Shown: positions 10,075 to 19,904, numbered from the stretch's first letter. The stretch: 64,000 nt of DNA from an uncultured delta proteobacterium (GCA_963842085.1 CAWJET010000002.1:1248001-1312000), one strand, 5' to 3'. The notes: generated by a model not told the origin, from the sequence alone. A program made the numbers and translations.

Positions 10075-10439
10075 TATCATCCGTTCTTCCTGAACAGATT
10101 TGGATGCGTATCGTCGAGGGTTAGGAGCGGAGGCTTCGGTCTCGCGCTAGATTCTATTACCGCGAAGTCACTGGACACAATTTTGCCTCAATCATAGCTT
10201 CAATTTCTGTCGGATTTTGAAAAAGTATGTGAAGGCTTAAGATGCTTCGGCGACTTTTCGCTTCGCGTCAGGGTCCGTGCCCGGCCAATGAATCTCAGCC
10301 TTGAGGCATTCTCTCTGAGAGGGTCGAAAAACGGCGCGCAAGCTATAATCGTAGAAAATTCTTCTCAGACGACGTGAATTGACCGCTGAAATGCGGCGGA
10401 AGCAGCAATCGCACGTTGCGTTATCGCACAGAACCGGGT

Positions 10440-10675
10440 CATCATGTCGGCGATCTGCAACACCATCTTGATCGACTTTCAGCTCGAGCCGGCCACCGGA
10501 TGTGCCGAGCGACTGCGGGGCTTGCGACCACTAAAACTTACCAGGCCCCCAACAAACCCGCACTGCACGGCAACAAAGGCGACTACCGCGACTTCTTCGA
10601 GTCCTGCCGCGCGCTCAAGGTCACGCCCTCGTGTGGCCCAAAACTGGCGCGGCCAGGCGGTTGTGCAATCGTGTC
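10440..10675 (+). mobile_element. IS5-family transposase remnant
   Basis: Degenerate L(H)GNKGDYRDFFESCRALKVTP..AQN..RPGG.AI resembles the IS5 TLGADKGYD...VTPHVAQN segment. Confidence 0.55.
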
Positions 10676-11197
10676 CCCTGAAGCGTGGAAAGTGTAGAGA
10701 TGGCAAGAAGCAGAGGCGGCAGCCAGGTTTCTTAAGAGACCCGGTCTGTAACTTGGTTCCCCCAGTCGATACGGATGCGGGTTAAGGTTTCGTGTCGCTC
10801 ATTTGAACGCCCTTCAAACCACCGGGGCGATTGCAGCGGAAGCCGAAGAACATAAAGGCAAGCCAATCTGGCGGTGACGAGCCGGACCGCCGTTCGCGGA
10901 AGCTGGCGCACTTGACCAAACTGTTGGAAAAAAAGGAATGCGCGATCGAGATCCCTGCCTTCGTGCTCAGGAGGGGAGACTCGAACTCCAAACCCTTGTC
11001 CGATGTTCCACGTCGCCAAATTCATGACTGGTCGGAAGGAGGCTTGCGGCGCTCTTAGATGAGAGGGCCCATGGCTCCGCACCCATCGAAGGAAAGGTGC
11101 AGAATATCACGAAGTGGGTTGATAGCGTCGCGTCAGGCGGATCTGGACGTCGCTTTGCTGAGCTTTTTTCAATCGACGCGGGCGCGTCGCTGAATTG

Positions 11198-11860
11198 TTA
11201 GAAGTGGAAATCGCCTACGATCCGCTGTCCTATCAGGTCGGTAGTCGGGAGTCGTTTGGGATTCGATTCGAACCACCACCGCCGTGGACGCTTTTCCTTA
11301 GTTGCTAGAGCGCATTCGAGTCGTTTCCGGGTATCTCCGCCGAAGATCGTCACCAGGCGCCGAAGTTGCGCGAGATCAAACTCCTCGAACTTTTCGTCCA
11401 TCAATTCCCCAATCCTTTCCACACCGTGAATACGGATCAGTTCCTTGGCGCCCTCGGCTCCGTACAGCGCCTCTGCAGATATCCGCAGCATGGCCATTTC
11501 GTCTTGCGATGATAGCCATAGTACGACATCCGGATAGGCTGCGAGGAACCATCGGGGATACCCAGGTGGAGCCTTGACGCCCTTGTCGAAGGCTGCCGCC
11601 GAGGTCGTTGGCTTCCCGGCTTCGTCAGGCGATGTCGCGGGTGGCGATCCGGAAAGTTCAACATAGTTTGCCAGAAAATCCGCCGGATTGATCGAATCCG
11701 GAAGGAAAAACGTCTTAAGCAGTTCATTCGTGTTCGGGACGTCGTCCAACGTGCCCCCATCGATTAGTTGAGCCCACGTGACAGGCTTCCTGGCGCCGTG
11801 ACGGAACGGTATGAATACTGTACAAAGCAGGGCGCCGGAGATGAGAACGATCCAAATCAT
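11198..11860 (-). CDS. Hypothetical protein with N-terminal membrane anchor
   Basis: 220-aa ORF with hydrophobic N-terminus; 4-bp ATGA overlap with 11857-12081. Confidence 0.6.
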   Translation of the reverse strand: MIWIVLISGALLCTVFIPFRHGARKPVTWAQLIDGGTLDDVPNTNELLKTFFLPDSINPADFLANYVELSGSPPATSPDEAGKPTTSAAAFDKGVKAPPGYPRWFLAAYPDVVLWLSSQDEMAMLRISAEALYGAEGAKELIRIHGVERIGELMDEKFEEFDLAQLRRLVTIFGGDTRKRLECALATKEKRPRRWWFESNPKRLPTTDLIGQRIVGDFHF

Positions 11861-12081
11861 TGTCTGGTTTCGGTTTCGAGGTTGCGGTCCGAGCGGCCAG
11901 GATTGCTACGGCGAGTTACCCCTTCGCGCCAATTAAGGTGGGGATCAGCCAGTTTCGCCAAGGGTTCAAACCGCTTGGAATGTTCCGGCATCTCTGAAGC
12001 TACACCGTATCGCTTGGCTTCTATGTCAAACAGTATCATCCTGTTTTCACCAGTCAGGATCCGGCGGTTGTCGAGACTCAT
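11857..12081 (-). CDS. Small hypothetical protein
   Basis: 74-aa ORF whose stop overlaps the start of 11198-11860. Confidence 0.35.
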   Translation of the reverse strand: MSLDNRRILTGENRMILFDIEAKRYGVASEMPEHSKRFEPLAKLADPHLNWREGVTRRSNPGRSDRNLETETRQ

Positions 12082-12230
12082 TGCCGGCTAAGGCTTCGAG
12101 TTCGGCAATGGTCTGCGAGCAGAAGATGCCGATTAGATGACCGACGCCTGGCGCTAGCTTGGGCGACACTTCTGCTCCTGATCACTCCGCCAATTCAATG
12201 TCATCTTTACACGGCGCCGGCTGATTTCAG

Positions 12231-12992
12231 TCATCGATCAAGGCTCCGAGGAAAAAGACGCCTGAACCGACCAAACATGCTGCTTTCGGCATCGCTCGCT
12301 GAATGCCACTCAGGCAGTTTCATCAGGGCCTCGCGGCGAATACGGTCGAGCATTTCGGTAATGTCCGGTGCCGACGGTTCGATTCTCTCGTTCTGTACAT
12401 CGAGTGGTTCGGACGGAACGGTTGTTTGCGGCTCCGCGAGTTCCCCGCCTTCGCGAATTTGGCGCAGGACGAACAGCACGTCCTGCTTGGAAGTCAAAGA
12501 TCCCAACATAGATATGTGAGACAGCGCTCGGAGCTCCCCACGAGTTACGTTGAGGCGCTCGAGGACTTCATGGTCTGCGCAAAATTCTTCGATGATTTCG
12601 TGCTGGCTTCTTGAAGCTTCGATCTGGTGGTCCGAGGGCTCTGAATTCCCAGCGCCTTGGAATGCCGAGATTTGTTCCGGGTCTTGCTCATCGATATCTG
12701 AATTCGGCACCGCCGAAGCCCCGAGAGGCGCCTCCGGCATGGGTGGATCCGCGGACATGGCTGAAAGAGCGCCCTCACCCACAAGGTCGAACGCCTGCTC
12801 ACAGGCTTCCTGCAATTGGGCAGGTCGTTGTTCTTCTGCTGCCGGCGACGAGCAAGTCGCCGGCGCCGGCACCGTTTTGAGTGAATTGAAGGCGTCGAGA
12901 AGGTCACGGACCAATCGTTCCGTGTCTACACCTGCTGCCAATTTCGCCTCCTTCATGCCAGGCCTCAACCCTGTGATTGACTTTTTCTGCAT
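12231..12992 (-). CDS. Hypothetical protein B (copy 2, intact)
   Basis: 253 aa, starts 8 nt after the gene A stop; paralog of 8764-9489. Confidence 0.75.
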   Translation of the reverse strand: MQKKSITGLRPGMKEAKLAAGVDTERLVRDLLDAFNSLKTVPAPATCSSPAAEEQRPAQLQEACEQAFDLVGEGALSAMSADPPMPEAPLGASAVPNSDIDEQDPEQISAFQGAGNSEPSDHQIEASRSQHEIIEEFCADHEVLERLNVTRGELRALSHISMLGSLTSKQDVLFVLRQIREGGELAEPQTTVPSEPLDVQNERIEPSAPDITEMLDRIRREALMKLPEWHSASDAESSMFGRFRRLFPRSLDR

Positions 12993-13000
12993 GTTTGAAG

Positions 13001-13462
13001 CTACTGGGGCAAACCCTCGGAGCCCCGATCGAAACTGTGCGCCAGTTCCGAGAATTCCCGGCGAAGGGTCTGGGCCGGCTCGAACGCAGTGACGAGATAC
13101 GTGAGTCGGTCCTGAAGCGTAGCCGCCGGTTCGAGTGCTGCCGCGAGTTGGTTCAAACTTTCGCCGAATGATACCGAAAGCTGATCGAGCTCCTGGTCCA
13201 GCGTCTGCAGGGGTGTGAATTGCTGCAGGACCTGTCGAAGCTGGTTCTGGAAACTGCGCATCGGCTCGAGCACTTTGGCCAGTTCCTTGATCTGCGCCTC
13301 GAAGTCGCGCAGCGGCTCAAACACATTTGCCAGCTCGGAAAGCTGGTGCATCGGTTCGAGGATGAACGCGATCTGAGCGAGCTGCTCCTGGAGCGGCTTG
13401 ACCTGTTCAAAAACCGTCGACACCGCGAAACCCGGCTGAAACGAACCCTGCTGATTTGACAT
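13001..13462 (-). CDS. Hypothetical protein A with amphipathic repeats (copy 2)
   Basis: AGGAGG RBS, MSNQQGSF start; paralog of 9536-9994. Confidence 0.8.
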   Translation of the reverse strand: MSNQQGSFQPGFAVSTVFEQVKPLQEQLAQIAFILEPMHQLSELANVFEPLRDFEAQIKELAKVLEPMRSFQNQLRQVLQQFTPLQTLDQELDQLSVSFGESLNQLAAALEPAATLQDRLTYLVTAFEPAQTLRREFSELAHSFDRGSEGLPQ

Positions 13463-13535
13463 CTTCTTCGGTCCTCCTATTAGTTGCTTATGCCTGCAGG
13501 CGCCATCGGCGGTAACCTGCCTTCCATCCATTAGT

Positions 13536-13550
13536 GCATCCTGCGTGCCA
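13536..13550 (-). promoter_or_regulatory. Sigma54 -24/-12 promoter
   Basis: Minus strand TGGCACG-CAGG-ATGC upstream of gene A copy 2. Confidence 0.7.
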
Positions 13551-14134
13551 TCTGCCAATTTGTAGGGTTTTATAACTGAATGTTAGGCTATAAGAACTAT
13601 CGGTAGGCCAAATCTACTCATGTGTTCCTTTTGAACACAATTGGATGTTTATGTCGTGAAATGGTCCGAGCGGCGGTGTTCGGTTCTGGCGGTATATTCT
13701 GCCCTTGATACATCAGCGACACAATTTCGTATCAATTGTACTACATTTTGTTTCATAGCTGCCAACTTTTGTTGAATTTTGAAGAGCTACGCGAGGGTTT
13801 AGAATGCTTCGGCAAACTTTATCTTCGCTACAACCTGTGTCCCCCGCCAATGAGTCTTAGCTTTGAGGCATTCTCGTCCTGAAGAAATCCTTGCGTTTGG
13901 GAGACTCGACGCGGAGCGGAAGGCAGGACGATGCAGGAGACGGATAACGCCTTTTGCGAACGGCGAGCCAGCCTGGAAGTGGCGTTTTACACGGGGAAAC
14001 CTTGAAAAAGATTCGCGAAGCTTAGCGGCGAGGCGGCCGCACGAATGCTTGGGGCAGGAAATACGTTCGCCTCAGCCTGCGTCCCCTTTCTCTTGGCATC
14101 GGTTGGCATTTGGATCTACAAATCCCAGAATATA

Positions 14135-14419
14135 GTGAGCGCAACGACTGCCAAAATCACGGTGGAAAAGGTCGGTGCGATCGTGCTCCCGAAACGGGTG
14201 CGGGAACAGCTGCAGATCGCCCCGGGTGACGAATTGGAGCTGGAGAGCCTGCACGATCGGATCACGCTACGTCCGTTGCGCGGCAACGCGCAGCTACGAA
14301 AAAAGCGCGGCGTCTGGGTCTTCCATTGCGGCGAGCCGCTATCAGCCTCGACGGTTGAAGAAACCATCAAGCAGGTCCGGCGCGAACGCGAAGAAGGGAA
14401 CCTCGGACAAAGCCATTGA
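14135..14419 (+). CDS. AbrB/MazE/SpoVT-family antitoxin (no cognate toxin downstream)
   Basis: KITVEKVGAIVLPKRVREQLQIAPGDELEL AbrB fold; LRKKRGVWVF..GEPLS..V...RRERE tail typical of VapB partners. Confidence 0.85.
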   Translation: MSATTAKITVEKVGAIVLPKRVREQLQIAPGDELELESLHDRITLRPLRGNAQLRKKRGVWVFHCGEPLSASTVEETIKQVRREREEGNLGQSH

Positions 14420-14424
14420 GAGAG

Positions 14425-14562
14425 CTAGCAATTACTTTTGTGCCTGTGCCGAAAGGCGGCAGGAATTGGCTGGCCCAATTTCTCATCCCGAACGCTCCCG
14501 TCTTGATCGAAATACAACGCAAATGCAACCAGCACAATGAGGAGTAACAAACCAACTGGCAT
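14425..14562 (-). CDS. 45-aa single-pass membrane microprotein (not in ORF track)
   Basis: MPVGLLLLIVLVAFALYFDQDGSVRDEKLGQPIPAAFRHRHKSNC*, GAGGTG RBS, consensus sigma54 site 30 bp upstream. Confidence 0.55.
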   Translation of the reverse strand: MPVGLLLLIVLVAFALYFDQDGSVRDEKLGQPIPAAFRHRHKSNC

Positions 14563-14591
14563 AGCCGTCACCTCTCTTCACACCTTACGAA

Positions 14592-14606
14592 GCAACTTGC
14601 GTGCCA
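14592..14606 (-). promoter_or_regulatory. Sigma54 -24/-12 promoter (perfect consensus)
   Basis: Minus strand TGGCACG-CAAG-TTGC(T). Confidence 0.75.
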
Positions 14607-14939
14607 TCGTCGGCGCTGATGTTCGCGCCCTTTCTCTTCTTGGCTGTCTTCCCTGAGATAGTCACAGGCGCGCCCGCATATCAGTGCACATCCCTACTAC
14701 AAGGAAAATTTTCATTTCACGGCTATCGAATTGAAGCGATGGGGAAACGGGCTGCGACCTAAACCAAAACCGACCAATTCCTGATCGAGGTCAGAATTTA
14801 ACCGCGCGATCTTCGCTTCACTGGGGCCGCGCTCGATCGAGCGCGGAAATCGCTGCAACTTTGCGCGGTGGTCGAGGTATTGTCAGACGGGATTTATTGG
14901 AGCTCCTTCGCTTGGCCCGAAGCTCTCTCTGTGGCGGTT

Positions 14940-15212
14940 TAGATAGCCTATCGTCGAGACGCAGGGGCATTGCCGACGCCATGCCGATCGAGAATTTTCA
15001 GCGCTCCGGGAATATCTGCCGGCGGCCCGCTCGCCGAAATACCCCTCGCTGCGCAGCGCGGCAAGCGGCAAGTTTCTCGGCGACCGCGACGTTGTGAATT
15101 GATTGAGGGTCATATCTTCCGCGTCGGCAACAGCGCGTCAGCACCGACGTTTGGAGACCGGGGGGCGAAATTACTTTCTAATGGCTCAGCCTGTCGTTTC
15201 GCTCGCTTCATG
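14940..15212 (-). pseudogene. HicB-like/RHH antitoxin, multiply frameshifted
   Basis: Pieces ESNFA..., MTLNQF..VAVAEKLAA, LRSEGYFGERAA, DIPGALKILDR.GVGNAP lie in different frames. Confidence 0.6.
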
Positions 15213-15754
15213 ACCGTCGCTTCATGACCGCCAGTCTCGCATTTTCGGATTTTCCGGATGGTAAAAAGAATTTGAAATTTCCGGACGCAGAGGTAGGGTA
15301 GGAAAAGCTCAACATTTATAAGGAAGATTTCCCTAATTTGGGCCGACAGGGCTTTCTTTCCGGACCTGTTGAAAATGAGCCCTTCGACTTGCCTGAACTC
15401 GCGAAAGTTCGAGGTAACCAGGATCAGGTCGTGGGCAAGAGCGGTCCCCGCGATCAAAATATCGTACGCTCCCATTGGCCGTCCCCGGCGCTTCAGGATG
15501 GCACGTGCCTTGGCCGTGGCCTCGGTCGCTCCGTCGTCATAAAGCAGCACGCGGATTGTCCCGAGAAAGGCGTCCATAACCGGTCCGAGTCGGCGGGCGA
15601 GCTTGGAATTCAGCAACAGCCCGTACTCGATCTCCATCTGAGTGATTGCGCTGGCCGCCAGATCCTCTGGCGCGGCCGCCTTGATGCGCTCAAGGGTCTG
15701 GCGCTGGCCCTGAGCGAAATCGCTCAGTACGCAGGTATCAAGTAGAAATCGCAT
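15110..15754 (-). CDS. vapC: VapC/PIN toxin with read-through C-terminus
   Basis: MRFLLDTCVLSDF...E.EYG...GRPMGAYDILIAGTALAHDLILVTSNFREF; PIN domain ends near 15375 and the natural stop seems lost. Confidence 0.85.
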   Translation of the reverse strand: MRFLLDTCVLSDFAQGQRQTLERIKAAAPEDLAASAITQMEIEYGLLLNSKLARRLGPVMDAFLGTIRVLLYDDGATEATAKARAILKRRGRPMGAYDILIAGTALAHDLILVTSNFREFRQVEGLIFNRSGKKALSAQIREIFLINVELFLPYLCVRKFQILFTIRKIRKCETGGHEATVMKRAKRQAEPLESNFAPRSPNVGADALLPTRKI

Positions 15755-15783
15755 TGAACGGTTCGAGGAGGATCGCAAGAACC

Positions 15784-15981
15784 TCAAGCAGCCGCGCCAG
15801 ATCTGATTCCCCGGATTCCTTGAAAATGCATGACCTCTGTCGGCCACTTGGCGGGTCGGCGGCGGTTTAGCCACTCGCCGACCGCTTCACGAATCAGGGC
15901 GTTGCGCGTCCTGCCGCTCTCTCTGGCGGTCTGGTTGAGGCGCTCGACCAGCTCATCGTTGAGGTGAACGCTGAAATTCAT
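15784..15981 (-). CDS. CopG/RHH antitoxin (C-terminus altered)
   Basis: MNFSVHLNDELVERL..ARESGRTRNALIREAVGEWL RHH motif directly upstream of vapC. Confidence 0.8.
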   Translation of the reverse strand: MNFSVHLNDELVERLNQTARESGRTRNALIREAVGEWLNRRRPAKWPTEVMHFQGIRGIRSGAAA

Positions 15982-16167
15982 GGCTGGAATGATAATAGGT
16001 TAGGTTCGCAAAGAGAGTCCTTTTACCGCCCCAGCCCCTTCCGGTTAGCGCCTCGATCATGCTGCTCACTCGTCCCGTCATTCATGGCGGTCAATTTTCT
16101 TCTTCCCGTCTGTCTTGCGAGCGAGGCGACGCAGGCAGAAACTCACGCGGCGCCGAGGACTCACTCC

Positions 16168-18369
16168 TCAGGGGTTGCACAACCATTGATTCAGCTTCGA
16201 CCACCGGGCTTCGGCGCGCGAATCTTTTACCGCGATCGCCAACGCCTTGCGCTGTCCCACCAACACCACCAGCTTCTTGGCGCGCGTGATACCGGTGTAA
16301 ACCAGGTTGCGCCGCAGCATCAGGTAATGCTGCGTCGAAAGCGGAATAACTACTGCTGGATATTCCGACCCCTGCGCCTTATGGATCGTGGTTGCAAACG
16401 CGGGTAAGAGCTCGTCGAGTTCGCCGAAATCGTAAGTAACCGGTCGGCCATCGAACTCTACCACGACTTCCTGCCCGTCCACGTCCACGTCCCGAACGAA
16501 GCCGATATCGCCGTTGAAGACGTCCTTGTCATAGTCATTGGCGGTCTGCATCACTTTGTCGCCAACTCGGAAGGACCACCCGAACCGCGCCACTGTTGGC
16601 TTGCTCTCGTCACCGTTGAGGGTCAACTGCAGATCGTGGTTGAGCGACCGCGCACCGAGGCGTCCCCGGTTCATCGGGCAAAGAACCTGCACATCGCGAA
16701 TCGGATCGAAACCGAATCGCGCTGGAATGCGGCTGTGAACGATCTCCAGAATCTTGTGCGCCGCGTCATCGGGGTCTGCCGCCTCGACAAAGTAGAAGTC
16801 CGAGCTCTCATTCACCGAGTTTTCCAGGTCCGGCATTTGGCCGCGGTTGATTCTATGTGCGTTGATCACGATGCGGCTTTGCGCTGCCTGACGGAATACT
16901 TCGGTAAGACGTGCTACGGGTACGGCTCCCGAATTAATGATGTCGGCCAGCACCTGCCCCGGACCGACTGACGGTAACTGGTCCACGTCGCCGACCAGAA
17001 CCAGGCCCGAACTGGGCGGCAGCGCCTTTATGAGCGAAGCCATCAGCGGCACGTCCACCATCGAAGTCTCGTCCACAACCAGAAGTCCGCATTCCAGCTG
17101 ATTGGCCTCGCCTCTCTTGAATCCACCGTGCCTGGGATCCGCCTCGAGCAGGCGATGAATGGTCTTGGCGATCAATCCCGTGCTCTCGGCGAGCCGCTTC
17201 GCCGCCCGCCCCGTCGGGGCGCACAACGCCACCGACACCGCCTTCGCTCGAAGAATCTTTAGCAGCGAATTGACTAAAGTGGTTTTGCCGACCCCGGGTC
17301 CACCGGTAATCACGAGCACCTTGCTAACCAGCGCCAGTCTCAGAGCGGCGCGCTGGCTGGCGGCCAAGGACACCTCGAGCTTCTTTTCGACCCAAGCAAT
17401 GGCCCGCTCGGCGTTAATGGTCGGCCACGGCGGCGGTTCCTTGGCCAGGGCCCGCAACCGTTGCGCTATGATTCGTTCGGCGCGCCAGAGGTGCGCGAGA
17501 AAAATGCAACGCTGGTCGCCGATCTCATCCGCCGTCAAGAATCCGCTAGCGACCTCAGCAACCACTGCATCGCGGAGCGCTTCTCCGGAGATTTCGAGCA
17601 GTTTTTCTGCCAGGGCGATAAGTTCATCCTCGGGCAGTCCGCAGTGACCGTCAGAGACGGCTTCGGTTAGCGCGTAGACAACGCCAGCCCGTGCCCGAAT
17701 CGTCGCGGTCTTGGAGATTCCGAGCCGTTCCGCGATGACGTCGGCAGATTTGAAGCCGATGCCTACGATGTCACGCGCAAGGCAATACGGGTTTTCGGTC
17801 ACCAGTGGTATCGCATCCGCCCCGTAGGTCTTGTAAATGCGAACCGCCCGCGAGGTACTCACCCCGTGACCTTGCAGAAACGCCATGATTTCACGAATCA
17901 CCTTCTGGTCGGACCAGCCCGCGATGATTCGCTCCGCGCGCTTTGGGCCGATGCCTTCGACCTGAAATAGTCGCTGCGGTTCGTGCTCGATGATCTCGAA
18001 CACTGCGTCGCTGAAGGTAGTTATCAGCCGCCGAGCGAAGATGGGTCCGATTCCCTTGATGAGACCCGAGCCGAGATATTTCTCCATGCCCTCGGCGGAA
18101 GTTGGTGGCGCGATCCTGAGGAATGTGGCGCGAAATTGCCGGCCGTGGTCGCGGTGGGTTTCCCATCTCCCACTGGCCTGAACGTATTCGCCCGCCGAAA
18201 CTGACGGCGCCGCGCCAAGCACCGTAACCAGATCATTCTGCCCGCGAACTTTGACCCGTAAAACGCAGAACCCGTTATCCGGATTATGGAAAGTGACCCG
18301 CTCAACCAGACCCGATAGCGGTTCCCGGTCGCCGGCTGAATTAAATCGGGGATTCCCGTTAGGTGCCAC
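16168..18369 (-). CDS. recD2: ATP-dependent RecD-like DNA helicase RecD2
   Basis: LSGLVERVTFHNPDNGFCV N-terminus, HhH GIGP motifs, TGGPGVGKT, LCAPTGRAAKRL, DETSM, ATTIHKAQGSEY, YTGITRAK; likely GTG start 18369. Confidence 0.95.
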   Translation of the reverse strand: MAPNGNPRFNSAGDREPLSGLVERVTFHNPDNGFCVLRVKVRGQNDLVTVLGAAPSVSAGEYVQASGRWETHRDHGRQFRATFLRIAPPTSAEGMEKYLGSGLIKGIGPIFARRLITTFSDAVFEIIEHEPQRLFQVEGIGPKRAERIIAGWSDQKVIREIMAFLQGHGVSTSRAVRIYKTYGADAIPLVTENPYCLARDIVGIGFKSADVIAERLGISKTATIRARAGVVYALTEAVSDGHCGLPEDELIALAEKLLEISGEALRDAVVAEVASGFLTADEIGDQRCIFLAHLWRAERIIAQRLRALAKEPPPWPTINAERAIAWVEKKLEVSLAASQRAALRLALVSKVLVITGGPGVGKTTLVNSLLKILRAKAVSVALCAPTGRAAKRLAESTGLIAKTIHRLLEADPRHGGFKRGEANQLECGLLVVDETSMVDVPLMASLIKALPPSSGLVLVGDVDQLPSVGPGQVLADIINSGAVPVARLTEVFRQAAQSRIVINAHRINRGQMPDLENSVNESSDFYFVEAADPDDAAHKILEIVHSRIPARFGFDPIRDVQVLCPMNRGRLGARSLNHDLQLTLNGDESKPTVARFGWSFRVGDKVMQTANDYDKDVFNGDIGFVRDVDVDGQEVVVEFDGRPVTYDFGELDELLPAFATTIHKAQGSEYPAVVIPLSTQHYLMLRRNLVYTGITRAKKLVVLVGQRKALAIAVKDSRAEARWSKLNQWLCNP

Positions 18370-18734
18370 CTGACAATCTTCCAGACTGGTGATGTTAGTC
18401 CTATGAGCGCGCCGGTTTCGACCAACTGCGCATGATAGCTGCCTCAATCTGTCCTGCGTGCTCGCGGCAGCAATGCGCGGGGGGACGGCTCCGCGGTCTT
18501 TCTCTCGAACTCCCAGGGTACCACTGGCACTCGTGACGTTCGCTCGCTCCGGCGCCGTCTTCACGATACGACATTTTCATCGCGGCTTGGGTGGGCCGAC
18601 GGACCATGTCCAGTTTCCCTCTCGGTAAATCACATCGCGCCGCCCGGCCCCGCCTTAACACTCTCAACCGCGAAAGGCACGAACCCCAGTGTAGACCAAA
18701 ATTCCAAAATTCTGGTCTATTATAGAATGCAGTG

Positions 18735-19065
18735 ATGGCAGCTTGGACGGTCGAGCTGAAGGAATCGGTCATCGATGACCTGCGAGCGCTCGGAATCAAA
18801 CAGGGCCGCGCTGTGCTGAGAGAGGCCAGCGCCCGGTTGGCGGAAAACCCGCTGGTTCAGACGCGGCATCTCAAAACACTACGACCGAATCCGGTGGCGG
18901 AACGTGAGTTTGAGGCTTTTTGGTCGTTACCGGGTATTGTTTACAGTCGCAGAGGCTGAAGCGACAGTCACTATCGTCCTGGTCGGGAAGAAACGGGGAA
19001 ACTCGCTGTACGTGCAGGACAAGAGGATTATCGCCCATGAAAGTAGTTCCACTGAGCGAGGCTAA
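18735..19065 (+). pseudogene. RelE/ParE toxin with one extra base near 18910
   Basis: WTVELKESVIDDL...KTLRPNPVAERE | LRLFGRYRVLFTV..VTIVLVGKKRGN; gagtttgagg carries one extra T (331 nt = 3n+1). Confidence 0.8.
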
Positions 19066-19318
19066 GGCCAAACTGAGCCGCTACGGTCGGCTATGCTACG
19101 GCGAGCCGGTCGTGGTGACAGTCAACGGCAGACCGTCGTTTCAACTGGTGCCGTTAGAAGAAGGTGACGATCTGATCGACCGCCTGATCGAACAGCATCC
19201 GGGCTTCCGCAAGCTCCTCGAGCGCCGATTGCGCGAGCGCAGCGTGTCGGTGGCTGTGGCGCAGCGGCGGCTCGCGAGAGGTGGGCCGGTTAGAACACCG
19301 CGGGCTCGCCATCGCTAA
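19037..19318 (+). CDS. Phd/YefM antitoxin
   Basis: MKVVPLSEAKAKLSRY...EPVVVTVNGRP. Confidence 0.85.
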   Translation: MKVVPLSEAKAKLSRYGRLCYGEPVVVTVNGRPSFQLVPLEEGDDLIDRLIEQHPGFRKLLERRLRERSVSVAVAQRRLARGGPVRTPRARHR

Positions 19319-19486
19319 AGTGGCCATTCTGAGGGAACGCTCCCTCAACAACCGATGCCTGGGAAGCAACGAAACGTCTGGCGCCTGCTTTGAAGAAGAT
19401 TCGTGCCCAAGCTCAAGGGGCGAAGCAGCCGCGCTAACGCTTGGGACAGGAAATACGTTCGCGTCAGCCCGCAGTTTTGATTGCCT

Positions 19487-19810
19487 TTACTTGTCCCCGG
19501 TAGAAGTGCGGATCGGCCGCTGGTACGGCACGAGATCGAGGCCGGGAATGTCCTCGAAGTCACGCCGATTCCTGGTCAGAAAACGGTGAGAATGCTGCAA
19601 CGCTTGGCTGGCAAGCCAAAGATCTTGAACACGGTATCGGTGCTGTCTGCCAGCGGCGCTGATTTGGGCCGCCAGGCTGCCGATTATGTCGCCGGTTACC
19701 CCATCCACTGCGATGAGCGGTTTGCGTCGAATCCGATGCAGGGCGGCGAGACGCCGCTGGCGGATTCGCGGTTCTTGCGCGACCTCAGCTCCGAACCTGA
19801 GTTCGGCGGT
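19487..19810 (-). pseudogene. PIN/VapC toxin lacking N-terminus
   Basis: AELRFGAE...RYRVQDLWLASQALQH..FLTRNRRDFEDIPGL; in-frame stop upstream. Confidence 0.75.
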
Positions 19811-19853
19811 CGAGAAGCATCAAGGAACCGCACGACCGGCAAGGGAGAGCAAC

Positions 19854-19904
19854 ATGGCTCGTATCAACGCAAACGGGATTGATATCGAGTACGTCACTGC
19901 CGGC
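19854..19904 (+). pseudogene. Alpha/beta hydrolase N-terminal stub
   Basis: GGAG RBS plus MARINANGIDIEYVTAG, after which similarity ends. Confidence 0.6.

Larger units (their letters stand above)
8718..10320 (-). repeat. Duplicated two-gene cassette, copy 1
   Basis: Colinear similarity to 12179-13880 across both ORFs and the upstream non-coding DNA. Confidence 0.9.
12179..13880 (-). repeat. Duplicated two-gene cassette, copy 2
   Basis: Colinear with 8718-10320. Confidence 0.9.

Noticed and set aside
8718-13880. Diversity-generating retroelement TR/VR pair
   Set aside because: Differences between copies are not adenine-specific, the duplication spans whole genes and promoters, and there is no reverse transcriptase in the window
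16168-19318. RecD2 plus TA as a novel defence operon
   Set aside because: RecD2 is a standard family, is divergent from the RelE/Phd pair and has no nuclease partner; the adjacency looks incidental
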